Shown: in pieces, positions 56,546 to 64,000 of the stretch
Numbering within the stretch: position 1 is the stretch's first letter
How the letters are laid out: each line of letters begins with the position of its first letter
NCBI GenBank assembly: GCA_015055975.1
Contig: SVHF01000004.1
Location: forward strand, 5,390-69,389
Length of the DNA: 64,000 bases
DNA from: Clostridiales bacterium
Lineage (GTDB): Bacteria; Bacillota; Clostridia; Christensenellales; UBA3700
Direction of reading: 5' to 3'
The notes under the pieces: generated by a model
The model's input: the letters and a program-made list of their open reading frames with translations, nothing else
Databases searched by the model: none
Told to the model about the DNA's origin: nothing
Made by a program: the position numbers and the translations under genes

Positions 56546-56667
56546 ATGCTACCCTCCATTAAATCATAAAGGGCTGCTAACTCATTTCCTGTATAAACAA
56601 GATATGAAATTAACAACCCTAGAATGATTAGTACGAAGAGTATTATGAATACTTTTAATTTCTTCAT
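56542..56667 (-). CDS. unannotated 41-aa single-TM protein MKKLKVFIILFVLIILGLLISYLVYTGNELAALYDLMEGSI
   Basis: Hand translation. It has a strong AAGGAGGAG RBS, and its stop overlaps the ATG of the 706-aa gene (ATGA). It falls below the ORF-track size cut-off. Confidence 0.6.
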   Translation of the reverse strand: MKKLKVFIILFVLIILGLLISYLVYTGNELAALYDLMEGSI

Positions 56668-56678
56668 ACTCCTCCTTT

Positions 56679-57101
56679 TTAACCTAATTTAATTAGGCAT
56701 GTTGCACATATGCTCTCATCTTCAACGCTCTTTGCTGTAAGTGTTAAATATACCGTTTGCTTTACCCAAACTACTGTATGATACTTAATGCACCATATAG
56801 TACATTTGTTTCCCTCAACTAACATTCCGACGTTGTTCGTTGGTGGATAGCCTTTAATACGGTTATATTCTCCTTCAGATGTGTTAACTGGATCCCAAGC
56901 TAGTTCCCATGTTACTTCTTGATTTGCATCTACTGGTTCTACATAGGCATATATTTCTGCACTATCCCCAACTTCAGCAAATACTACATCTGCGTTTGCA
57001 CCTTCACTAACACTTAAGCTCAAGATTGAGATAAGAACAATGGCTACCCCTAGCATTATGCATGCTATACTTGCTCTATTTACTTGTGTAAATCTCTCCA
57101 T
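56679..57101 (-). CDS. membrane-anchored 140-aa protein with an Ig-like (Big_2-type) ectodomain
   Basis: GGAGG RBS and an N-terminal signal/anchor. The pattern AEIYAYVEPVDANQEVTWELAWDP is present. Confidence 0.65.
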   Translation of the reverse strand: MERFTQVNRASIACIMLGVAIVLISILSLSVSEGANADVVFAEVGDSAEIYAYVEPVDANQEVTWELAWDPVNTSEGEYNRIKGYPPTNNVGMLVEGNKCTIWCIKYHTVVWVKQTVYLTLTAKSVEDESICATCLIKLG

Positions 57102-59061
57102 TTTCCTTGCCTCCTCGCTTTCGCTTTCTTATTGATTTAAAGATAGCTATAACAATCTTGAATGGTAAGGTTATTACCCATAACACTGCTCTTATGATGT
57201 AAGGAAGAATTGGCAATAGAATTAATAACAATAAAATTCCTAAGATAATTCCCAAGATGAGTTTCCATAAAGATATCTCATCTGCAGGGGCTGTAAAACC
57301 GCTTACTATATCTATTGGACTTGATACAACTGGTATAACGAAATATTCACCTTCTTTATTGAAGGTTAACTCGATAATGTCAAAATCAAAAAAGCATGTC
57401 TCTTGTGCTACATATGTATCTTTGTTGTTAGATTTAACTTCTATTCCATTGATTGTTCCATCAACGTTTTGTGTGAAATAATCTGTTACAGCAAATCTAA
57501 ATAGCACTAAATGTTCGCCCTTTAACTGAGCTTGAGCATATGCTGCTTGAATATCTGATACATCATCTTCATCTACTAATAGATTCTTTGAAATATTCGC
57601 CTTTGTACCTATAACATCATCAGCAGATACTTCATATATTGGAGAAACATTAGAATAGTCTCCTGATGTATCTGGCCAACTAAAACCGAAATCTAATAGC
57701 TTATCGTACCAAGCATGGTTTGAGTCATACGAATTCAAATCGAATGTGTCATTAAGGTCAATCTCTTTTAGATTGTATCCTCTAGTTCTACCACCATCTA
57801 CTGTTGCCTCAAACAGATCAGCGCTGATATCCCTACCATTACAATCGATTGTTTCGCCACTACCTTGGAAATTGTATATATAGTCCAATACTTCGTTGGA
57901 TGTTACATCCCCTACATTTTGACAATCCGTAAAGAAACTAAATATGTTCTCTACCGAATTTGCCCTTTCACTATAAAAGCAATATGGGATTTGGTCTGAA
58001 GCTGATTTCACTTCTATGATTCTCAAATAGCCGAATCCAGATTGTGTTTCACCTTTGATGTTATAAGCCCAATCGTATGAAGTCTTTGAATTACTTTGGA
58101 ACATAGTCGATGTATTTTGCTCAATTCTATTAATGTATAGATTGCCATTTACTGCATCACTATGCTCTCCTACATTGATTTTTGTATAAGGCATAAATGC
58201 GTTATATAAACTTTGGTTCGATGTAATCAAAGCCTTCTTGGTCTTATACTCCCACCACTCAGCTTTTATCTTCTGCAAATACCCATATTGATTGTAGATA
58301 TAATTTGGAATTGAGAAATATACTGTATTTACTTGGTTATAGTGTCCTGCACCTTGAGATGACATATTGGTTCTAAATGCAGTATGTTGAACATTCAATA
58401 GAAGTGTTTCTATTTCTTCAATCCTGCAAGTCAAACTCGATTCGTCATTCTCGTTAGGCCCATAACCTTTAGAATAACCAGTGAAGTTATACTTCCCTCC
58501 AACTGTATATTCCGTAGCATTCTTATTTCCAACTCTCAATAACTCTATACCAGAGATTTTGTATGTACGCTCATTAGAATTTAAGCCATCCAAAATTTGT
58601 TTGGCATCCTTTAATCTATATTTGTAGAACAATCCCCTATATGCAGCCTCATTTGATTTAGAACAAAACTCTAAAGCATATTTGGTGTAATTAACTTCAT
58701 CGCCAACTGCTATCTGTACTTTATTTTGCCCACTTGTTTCAGATAAGACTAAACCTTGAGGATTATATATATAGAAATAAAGCCCATAATTAGCTTGCTT
58801 ATTCTTCTTATATGAATAACAATACTCAACCACTTGGATTATCTTTAAATTGCCTTGCTCATAAAATGGATAGTTCTTTATATCAAAGCTTTCTCCATTT
58901 ATCTTTGCACTCCTTAAATCATCTAAGACATTTGTATTTTTAAAAGAATCGCTCTCAGCGTAACAAGTATCTATAAATGTGCTCTGCACGAGCAATAAAC
59001 TTATGCAGAGCATTAGGATTATACATATTATTTTGACTGAGAGTTCATAATTTACCCTCAT
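57076..59061 (-). CDS. 661-aa secreted protein with a C-terminal membrane anchor (adsorption/spike-protein-like topology)
   Basis: The ATG at 59061 overlaps the upstream stop (TGATG). Signal peptide ending in DTCYA/ES. C-terminal TM region LWKLILGIILGILLLLILLPILPYII followed by a basic tail. Confidence 0.7.
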   Translation of the reverse strand: MRVNYELSVKIICIILMLCISLLLVQSTFIDTCYAESDSFKNTNVLDDLRSAKINGESFDIKNYPFYEQGNLKIIQVVEYCYSYKKNKQANYGLYFYIYNPQGLVLSETSGQNKVQIAVGDEVNYTKYALEFCSKSNEAAYRGLFYKYRLKDAKQILDGLNSNERTYKISGIELLRVGNKNATEYTVGGKYNFTGYSKGYGPNENDESSLTCRIEEIETLLLNVQHTAFRTNMSSQGAGHYNQVNTVYFSIPNYIYNQYGYLQKIKAEWWEYKTKKALITSNQSLYNAFMPYTKINVGEHSDAVNGNLYINRIEQNTSTMFQSNSKTSYDWAYNIKGETQSGFGYLRIIEVKSASDQIPYCFYSERANSVENIFSFFTDCQNVGDVTSNEVLDYIYNFQGSGETIDCNGRDISADLFEATVDGGRTRGYNLKEIDLNDTFDLNSYDSNHAWYDKLLDFGFSWPDTSGDYSNVSPIYEVSADDVIGTKANISKNLLVDEDDVSDIQAAYAQAQLKGEHLVLFRFAVTDYFTQNVDGTINGIEVKSNNKDTYVAQETCFFDFDIIELTFNKEGEYFVIPVVSSPIDIVSGFTAPADEISLWKLILGIILGILLLLILLPILPYIIRAVLWVITLPFKIVIAIFKSIRKRKRGGKENGEIYTSK

Positions 59062-59660
59062 CAAAATTCAATTACCTCCTCACTTAAAGTTACTTTGTCG
59101 ATTATGCTATCTGCTAGTCTAAACCCTATACATATTGAAGATTCGCCATTATATGATGTAACAATGACAGTGAATTGATCTTTTTCAAAATCTATTTCTT
59201 TCTTGTCTATTGTTACCTTTGAATCCTCATACATTTTGTCTAAAACATCTTGCATTGATGTATAGTAGATTGTAAAGGATGTTTCATCCCTTGCTATCTC
59301 AAATGCTTTTGTGCAATCTCCAATAGCTGAGAATGAATATGGCTCATCATCTACTAAAAATGCAAAATCGTTGTCTTGGTTTGGAACTATTTGAATATCA
59401 TAACCGGATACCTCTTTGCTTAGTGCCCCAAATGTGTATTTAACATCAATAGTCAATGGACTATCCCAGTCTAATACATATCCACCAGTGTTAGATAAGA
59501 TATTTACATCTCCCATAGAAACATAGAATGTCTTAAAATCACCAGTGAAACCATTTGTGAAGAACGCAAAGAAGCCACCAATTGCGATTACAACAAGAAC
59601 TACAATAATGTAAATGATTATGTCTTTAACCTTGCTGCCCTTACTTCTTGCGTTTCTCAT
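59061..59660 (-). CDS. 199-aa N-terminally anchored membrane protein
   Basis: GGAGGTGG RBS and TM helix IIIYIIVVLVVIAIGGFFAFF. Confidence 0.65.
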   Translation of the reverse strand: MRNARSKGSKVKDIIIYIIVVLVVIAIGGFFAFFTNGFTGDFKTFYVSMGDVNILSNTGGYVLDWDSPLTIDVKYTFGALSKEVSGYDIQIVPNQDNDFAFLVDDEPYSFSAIGDCTKAFEIARDETSFTIYYTSMQDVLDKMYEDSKVTIDKKEIDFEKDQFTVIVTSYNGESSICIGFRLADSIIDKVTLSEEVIEF

Positions 59661-59672
59661 AAGCCACCTCCA

Positions 59673-60728
59673 TTAAAATTCAATTGAAGTTGCGCTTAAA
59701 CTGAGACTAGATACTGTAGCTTGGGTTGTGATATTGATAGATTGGGAAACTCCAGAATTTACTTCTGTAACAGTTACTGCAATATATGGCTTTTTACCAT
59801 CTATATATCCTGTAAAAGTCCAATCTGAATATCCAGATCTATCTGCACCATGTGACGAATAAGCACTGAAAGAATCCCCTGCTGTTAATTGCAACTTTCC
59901 ATCAACGATCTTTGCAGTAAGAATATTTAAATGTCCACCTGTTTTAGCCAAGAATGCATAATAATTAGTATGAGATTCTGGAATATCGCCAGCAGAAGAT
60001 GCTAATTGAACGGTACCATCAGATTCAGTATCAGCCCCTGTGTAATTATTATGACTAACAGAATGATATGTAATACCACCATGGCATTCCATACTGATAT
60101 TATATGTGCCATAACCTGAACCTACTGCGTGCATATAGTTATCTAGATTTAAATCCAAACTTGTTGTTGTTCCACAATATAACTCAATACCAGATACATT
60201 CCAACCTTGAAGAGTCTTTGTTGTATATCCATTTGTATTAATGCTTAATGAATTTGGTGTACCTACATATTTAACTACGCAAGTTGCCATATATCCACCA
60301 ACATCTGTTCTACATTGAACTAATACGTTATATCCTTCAAAAGGTTTTAAACATTGAATTGTTGCTACCTTACTATCGTTTGAACTTGGTGTAACTGTAA
60401 TGTAGTGAGAAACCACACCATCTTCTGATGGGGCATCCGTTGATGCATCCCATACTACTGACCATCTAACGCTCTTATTTGGAGCATCAGAAGGTAGAAC
60501 TGTTGCTGTAATAGTCTTTGTATAAGAATCTTGATCTCCAGCTGCTGCTAAGGACAATGTAATATGCCCTTCGTCATTGAAAATTTCGTAATCTAGTAAT
60601 CCTGGTGCTGAGAATGACATTTGTGGATTATTAATCTTAATTGCTAATCCAATTGCAATACCAATACCAGTAAATGCTAAGACTACCACGATAGCCAAAG
60701 CTATCCATTTAATTTTTGTCTTATCCAT
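59673..60728 (-). CDS. 351-aa N-terminally anchored protein with an Ig-like (Big_2-type) domain
   Basis: AGGAGG RBS and TM helix WIALAIVVVLAFTGIGIAIGLAI. The ITATVLPSDAPNKSVRWSVVWD pattern is present. Confidence 0.65.
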   Translation of the reverse strand: MDKTKIKWIALAIVVVLAFTGIGIAIGLAIKINNPQMSFSAPGLLDYEIFNDEGHITLSLAAAGDQDSYTKTITATVLPSDAPNKSVRWSVVWDASTDAPSEDGVVSHYITVTPSSNDSKVATIQCLKPFEGYNVLVQCRTDVGGYMATCVVKYVGTPNSLSINTNGYTTKTLQGWNVSGIELYCGTTTSLDLNLDNYMHAVGSGYGTYNISMECHGGITYHSVSHNNYTGADTESDGTVQLASSAGDIPESHTNYYAFLAKTGGHLNILTAKIVDGKLQLTAGDSFSAYSSHGADRSGYSDWTFTGYIDGKKPYIAVTVTEVNSGVSQSINITTQATVSSLSLSATSIEF

Positions 60729-60764
60729 CTTGTTTTATACCTCCTATTAAAATGAATAAATGTT

Positions 60765-60790
60765 AAAAGGCGACCCTTTTCGAGCCGCCT
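60765..60790 (-). terminator. candidate intrinsic terminator after the 113-aa gene
   Basis: The minus strand reads AGGCGGCT-cgaaaag-GGTCGCCT followed by TTTT. Confidence 0.4.
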
Positions 60791-60811
60791 AGTTTTCGAT
60801 ATTATCTATGC

Positions 60812-61153
60812 TTATCTACCAAGCATCTTTAATAACATCTTGTCTGATTGCTTGTCTGGCTTAACTTTACATGTGTAAACTTCGCCATTTTCATCGGTTG
60901 ATTCTACTTCATATGTATTACCATTGATGATGTTGCCCGTTTCGTCCTTCATTTCGAATGGAGTAATCTTTAGATTAGCTTTGTCTTCGCCATTAAATAC
61001 GATTTCTAATACTTGATATCCACCGTTATCTTGTGGCTTAACATATGCCTTAACTTCCCTTCCTCTAATTACGCCTTTTACGAAATATGAGAAAAATGAC
61101 TTACCATCTTTAGTTACATATGGTTCTCTCTCAACAACTACTACGTTTGCCAT
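60812..61153 (-). CDS. 113-aa soluble protein (possible ssDNA-binding, OB-like, judged from position and size only)
   Basis: AAGGAGG RBS. A beta-rich sequence with no TM helix. The functional guess is inference. Confidence 0.6.
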   Translation of the reverse strand: MANVVVVEREPYVTKDGKSFFSYFVKGVIRGREVKAYVKPQDNGGYQVLEIVFNGEDKANLKITPFEMKDETGNIINGNTYEVESTDENGEVYTCKVKPDKQSDKMLLKMLGR

Positions 61154-61199
61154 TGATTAATACCTCCTTTTAATTATTTTTGTGCCTAGTCTCGACTAA

Positions 61200-61466
61200 C
61201 TATTTTTGTGCTGACTTTGCTTTCTTGGCACGAGAGATTTCTTTAGCTTCAGCTTTTGTTTTACCTTCATTCATTGCTTTCTTATACTTGTATAAGCCAG
61301 CGTGATCTGATTGACATTGAAGATAACCACTTCTAATACCTGCTTCGAAATCTGTTAACTCCTTGCCCTCTTTAGGACCATGAGTGTGAACCTTATTTTT
61401 ACGCTCTTCTGCGTATCTACCGGCTCTCTTGTTTGGTGTTAACCAACGTCTTAATAAATTTGCCAT
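61200..61466 (-). CDS. 88-aa lysine/arginine-rich protein
   Basis: TGGAGGA RBS. Strongly basic N- and C-termini. Confidence 0.6.
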   Translation of the reverse strand: MANLLRRWLTPNKRAGRYAEERKNKVHTHGPKEGKELTDFEAGIRSGYLQCQSDHAGLYKYKKAMNEGKTKAEAKEISRAKKAKSAQK

Positions 61467-61732
61467 TTATATAAATCCTCCAATTTTTATTTGTAATTAT
61501 TTACGATGGGTTTTACGACCCACGCCTTTCTAAATCAATATGACCGATCTACCGTTATCCCAGTAAAATTTAGAATCTGCTATAAAAATGTAATTATTGT
61601 TTTATTTGTATATACCCTATATAATCTTCACGATTTACGTGGAACATTTGGTTCCTCCTATGTACACTCAGAAGAACGTTAAACATTTGGTTTACCACCT
61701 CCTTTGTGGGTATATTTCTATTTGGATTCTAG

Positions 61733-62014
61733 CTATGCTAGTTTCCTGACTGCGATGTTTGATGCAATACGTTTGCCTTCAAGTTTATCTCCACGCATCA
61801 TGAAGATTCGCTCGTACTGCACGTCTCTAAGTTGTGTTCTGCGATAGAATGTATCTGAGCTCATTAATTGTGCTTCACCATTAAATTCCCTTACCGCCAA
61901 TTTCTGAACGATAATGAAATCTTTGGTTCTATAGATGTTGTCAATGTTCCCGACGATAAAATCGCATGGACCAACTTGTTTTTCTATCGACTCAATATCG
62001 AAGATCATGCCCAT
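61733..62014 (-). CDS. 93-aa hypothetical protein (first gene downstream of the iteron array)
   Basis: Start trimmed to the ATG at 62014, which lies 9 nt after GGAGG. Confidence 0.55.
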   Translation of the reverse strand: MGMIFDIESIEKQVGPCDFIVGNIDNIYRTKDFIIVQKLAVREFNGEAQLMSSDTFYRRTQLRDVQYERIFMMRGDKLEGKRIASNIAVRKLA

Positions 62015-62119
62015 TGATTTGTACCTCCTTTGTTTATTCAATTCGCCACTTGTTTCCTTGTAGCTTATTGTCTGATGTAAATGTTCACTTGCCTTTCAGC
62101 ACTTACAATATATGGCGAA

Positions 62120-62229
62120 TAAAAGGGAGATTGCGTGGGAGTAAATGGGGAGTAAAAGTGAGTTTTATGGGTACTAAAAGTGAGTTAAAAGTGAGATAAA
62201 TGGGTATAAAGGTGAGATAAAAGTGGGCA
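62120..62229. repeat. about ten tandem 11-bp iterons, consensus TAAA(A/T)G(T/G)G(A/G)G
   Basis: Reading in 11-mers from 62120 gives: taaaagggaga, ttgcgtgggag, taaatggggag, taaaagtgagt, tttatgggtac, taaaagtgagt, taaaagtgaga, taaatgggtat, aaaggtgagat, aaaagtgggca. Confidence 0.85.
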
Positions 62230-62230
62230 T

Positions 62231-62258
62231 AAAAAAAGACCCAGATTTCTCTGAGTCT
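62231..62258 (-). terminator. intrinsic terminator after the lipoprotein gene
   Basis: The minus strand reads AGACTCAGA-gaaa-TCTGGGTCT (one mismatch) followed by TTTTTTT. Confidence 0.6.
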
Positions 62259-62281
62259 TTGAATCGAAATTCTAAAATGAA

Positions 62282-63817
62282 CTATAAATTAATCCAACAT
62301 GCAGGTCGAATTCCTCCTAGCGTATTTGTCTTTTTCCCAGTTGAACTCAATGCACTTGTGCCATAAATATTACCATCGGCCCCGATATATTTATTACTAT
62401 TATCGCCAGTGGTATCTCTGTCAGGGGAACGCAATCTCCAATCACTATATTCTGAACTATACTTAATTAATCCTTGGCACTTTGCATATGACGTAGAAAC
62501 CGTTTGAGTTGATTTTAATTCAAAATATGTATTCACTTCTGAATATGACAACAAAAACAACTTATCATAACATGAATTACATTCATAATAACTTGGAGAC
62601 CCACCATACGAAGCTGAACTATTATCAATCATTGTTGCTTGAAGTATACTTTCTTCGGCATCTACAAAAACTTCTGCACAAAACGATTCTGCCAACCAAA
62701 TACGAATATCTGACAATTCATAATTGTTTGCATATCCACTTCCACCATTATGAGTAAAAACTCCAGATGTTTTTGCTGAATAAAATACTTGAGCATCTAA
62801 TACTATTGATGATATTAACAAAGCTTTACCATCTGATACATTTAATACTTCCCATTTAACTGGAGCCCACTTAAACCAATAAAAAGTGTTTTTGCTAAAG
62901 CCATTATTTGTTCTATATTGATTGTCTTTTGAATAATATATACCTCTATATTTTTCTCCATTTAAATAGTAATCTTGGTACCACATATTTGAGTCATTTG
63001 TACACCTATTCCATACAGAAGAATCGAAGCTAATTGTGTTTTGTCCTGATTTTGATTGTAATGCGTTAATTATTGATGTATTTTCAACTAACTCTTGAGG
63101 ATATCTTCCATAATAAATAATATTAGAATCTAATGAATCGTATTCGTATAATTTATATTTTTCCATTGTAATTGTCACATCAACAGCTGGCATTGAAAAA
63201 CAATAAGTATTGCCGTATTCTGTAACCCCGTCACTTCTTATCCATTTAATTGAATACCCAGCTGGAACATTATTTGCTTCTAAAATAACATTTTCGTTAT
63301 AATCATAACTATCATCAATGCTATTAAGTAAGCTAATACCATCTGCGCTTGCTTGATTATTTACTATTAATTTATGTTGTTCAACCAACAAAATAACACT
63401 AATTGACAAATCATACTTTGGCATTTTAAAACTATATGTACTACCAGTAAATGTTTCCCCATCACTTCTTGTCCAAATAATATTAGATCCAACTGGAACC
63501 CCTACTGAACGAAGAAACACTTCAGAATTATACTCTTTTGAAAAAGAATCTTGGCTTAATATATTAATTGCACCACTTTGTATCGCGATACTATTATTAG
63601 CTGTATTATTATTAATGGTTAAAGTATAATACTCAACATCATCATTGTCATTATTTGAATTGTCATTGGTTTGACTGTTTGCGTCGTTATTTGAATTGTC
63701 ATTGGTTTGAATGTTTGCGTCATTATTATAATTAGATTTGCCTGATGAACATGCAACCGCAAAAAGCATACTAACCGCAATTAATAAAACAATAGAAATA
63801 GTTATAACCTTTTTCAT
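62282..63817 (-). CDS. lipoprotein with an Asn/Asp-rich linker, two InlB-B-repeat-like domains and a DUF6273-like C-terminal domain
   Basis: Start trimmed to the ATG at 63817, after GGAGAG. Lipobox LFAVAC. Domains of the type YTLTINN...WTRSDGETFTGSTYSFKMP. The C-terminus GGIRPACWINL matches my recollection of DUF6273. Confidence 0.7.
   Translation of the reverse strand: MKKVITISIVLLIAVSMLFAVACSSGKSNYNNDANIQTNDNSNNDANSQTNDNSNNDNDDVEYYTLTINNNTANNSIAIQSGAINILSQDSFSKEYNSEVFLRSVGVPVGSNIIWTRSDGETFTGSTYSFKMPKYDLSISVILLVEQHKLIVNNQASADGISLLNSIDDSYDYNENVILEANNVPAGYSIKWIRSDGVTEYGNTYCFSMPAVDVTITMEKYKLYEYDSLDSNIIYYGRYPQELVENTSIINALQSKSGQNTISFDSSVWNRCTNDSNMWYQDYYLNGEKYRGIYYSKDNQYRTNNGFSKNTFYWFKWAPVKWEVLNVSDGKALLISSIVLDAQVFYSAKTSGVFTHNGGSGYANNYELSDIRIWLAESFCAEVFVDAEESILQATMIDNSSASYGGSPSYYECNSCYDKLFLLSYSEVNTYFELKSTQTVSTSYAKCQGLIKYSSEYSDWRLRSPDRDTTGDNSNKYIGADGNIYGTSALSSTGKKTNTLGGIRPACWINL
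63651..63722. repeat. 2 x 36-bp tandem repeat within the lipoprotein linker (encodes NDANxQTNDNSN)
   Basis: Copies at 63651-63686 and 63687-63722 differ at 2 positions. Confidence 0.9.
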
Positions 63818-63841
63818 AAATAAACTCTCCATATTTTTGTG

Positions 63842-63975
63842 TTATCCACAAAATATTCTAATTAAAAGAATATCGTGGTGGTGATGGTTATGTCAACCCG
63901 ACTTTAACCTAGTTATCAACAATTGGTATGAATATTGCCTAAAATTGTTGTTTTTATTAAATTTACTTATCCACA
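63842..63975 (+). promoter_or_regulatory. cluster of DnaA-box-like 9-mers
   Basis: TTATCCACA at 63842-63850 and at 63967-63975 are perfect matches. TTATCAACA at 63913-63921 has one mismatch. All three are in the same orientation. Confidence 0.4.
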
Positions 63976-64000
63976 ATATAGAAAATTCAGCAGCCATCTC

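Larger units (their letters stand above)
43300..62270. mobile_element. composite mobile island next to tRNA-Glu (anti-defence cassette, R-M, Rep/NTPase phage-like module); boundaries approximate
   Basis: The call rests on gene content alone. No integrase and no flanking direct repeat could be identified. Confidence 0.4.

Noticed and set aside
61966-62199. 77-aa plus-strand ORF across the iteron array
   Set aside because: Its frame is a by-product of the 11-bp repeats, and it overlaps the start of the minus-strand 93-aa gene.
62120-62229. CRISPR array interpretation of the repeat regions (also 12269-16296 and 63651-63722)
   Set aside because: The repeat periods (11 bp, 36 bp in two copies within a coding sequence, and 1,088 bp in two copies) and the absence of unique spacers of 25-40 bp do not fit CRISPR. 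No cas genes are present.

Overview
Low-GC, Firmicutes-type chromosomal segment with most genes on the minus strand. All family names below come from reading motifs by eye and from recall, not from database searches.

Contents from left to right:
1. An aromatic amino-acid operon (DAHP synthase, tyrA, aroB, aroA; aroA runs off the left edge). It is preceded by an intrinsic terminator and an unannotated 20-codon Tyr/Phe/Trp-rich mini-ORF.
2. A ParE/RelE-Phd toxin-antitoxin pair and a small ABM-fold gene.
3. A 14.3-kb, eight-gene, translationally coupled envelope operon (5313-19628). It holds two membrane proteins, a BspA-type LRR protein, two membrane-anchored McrB/MoxR-like AAA+ ATPases flanking a coiled-coil protein, and two transglutaminase-core surface proteins (724 and 1594 aa). 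The ATPase domains lie in a 1,088-bp direct repeat with only two synonymous differences. I rank this operon as the best candidate for an undescribed system.
4. Anaerobic housekeeping genes:
- a HAD hydrolase, a DUF975-like protein and an EEP-family protein;
- pflB-pflA behind a ZTP (pfl-motif) riboswitch;
- a MacB-type ABC fusion, trmB and a DUF2804-like gene;
- malic enzyme, an Ldh_2-family dehydrogenase and a GPH transporter;
- a trimeric HydABC [FeFe]-hydrogenase with a Rex-like operator.
5. A solo TnpB element and three tRNAs (Met-CAU, initiator fMet, Glu-UUC).
6. A roughly 19-kb mobile island downstream of tRNA-Glu, with no recombinase visible. It carries:
- an XRE regulator and a DUF898 membrane protein;
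- an ArdA/PcfK/PcfJ anti-defence cassette;
- a BcgI-like R-M whose specificity gene is split at a G9 tract;
- a GC-rich hairpin/iteron origin;
- an HUH Rep, a multi-TM P-loop NTPase and about six membrane-anchored proteins. No capsid, terminase or tail genes are present, so this is a candidate non-tailed (inovirus- or plasmavirus-like) prophage;
- an 11-bp phased iteron array.
7. A lipoprotein gene and DnaA-box-like sites at the right edge.

I found no rRNA genes and no CRISPR array.
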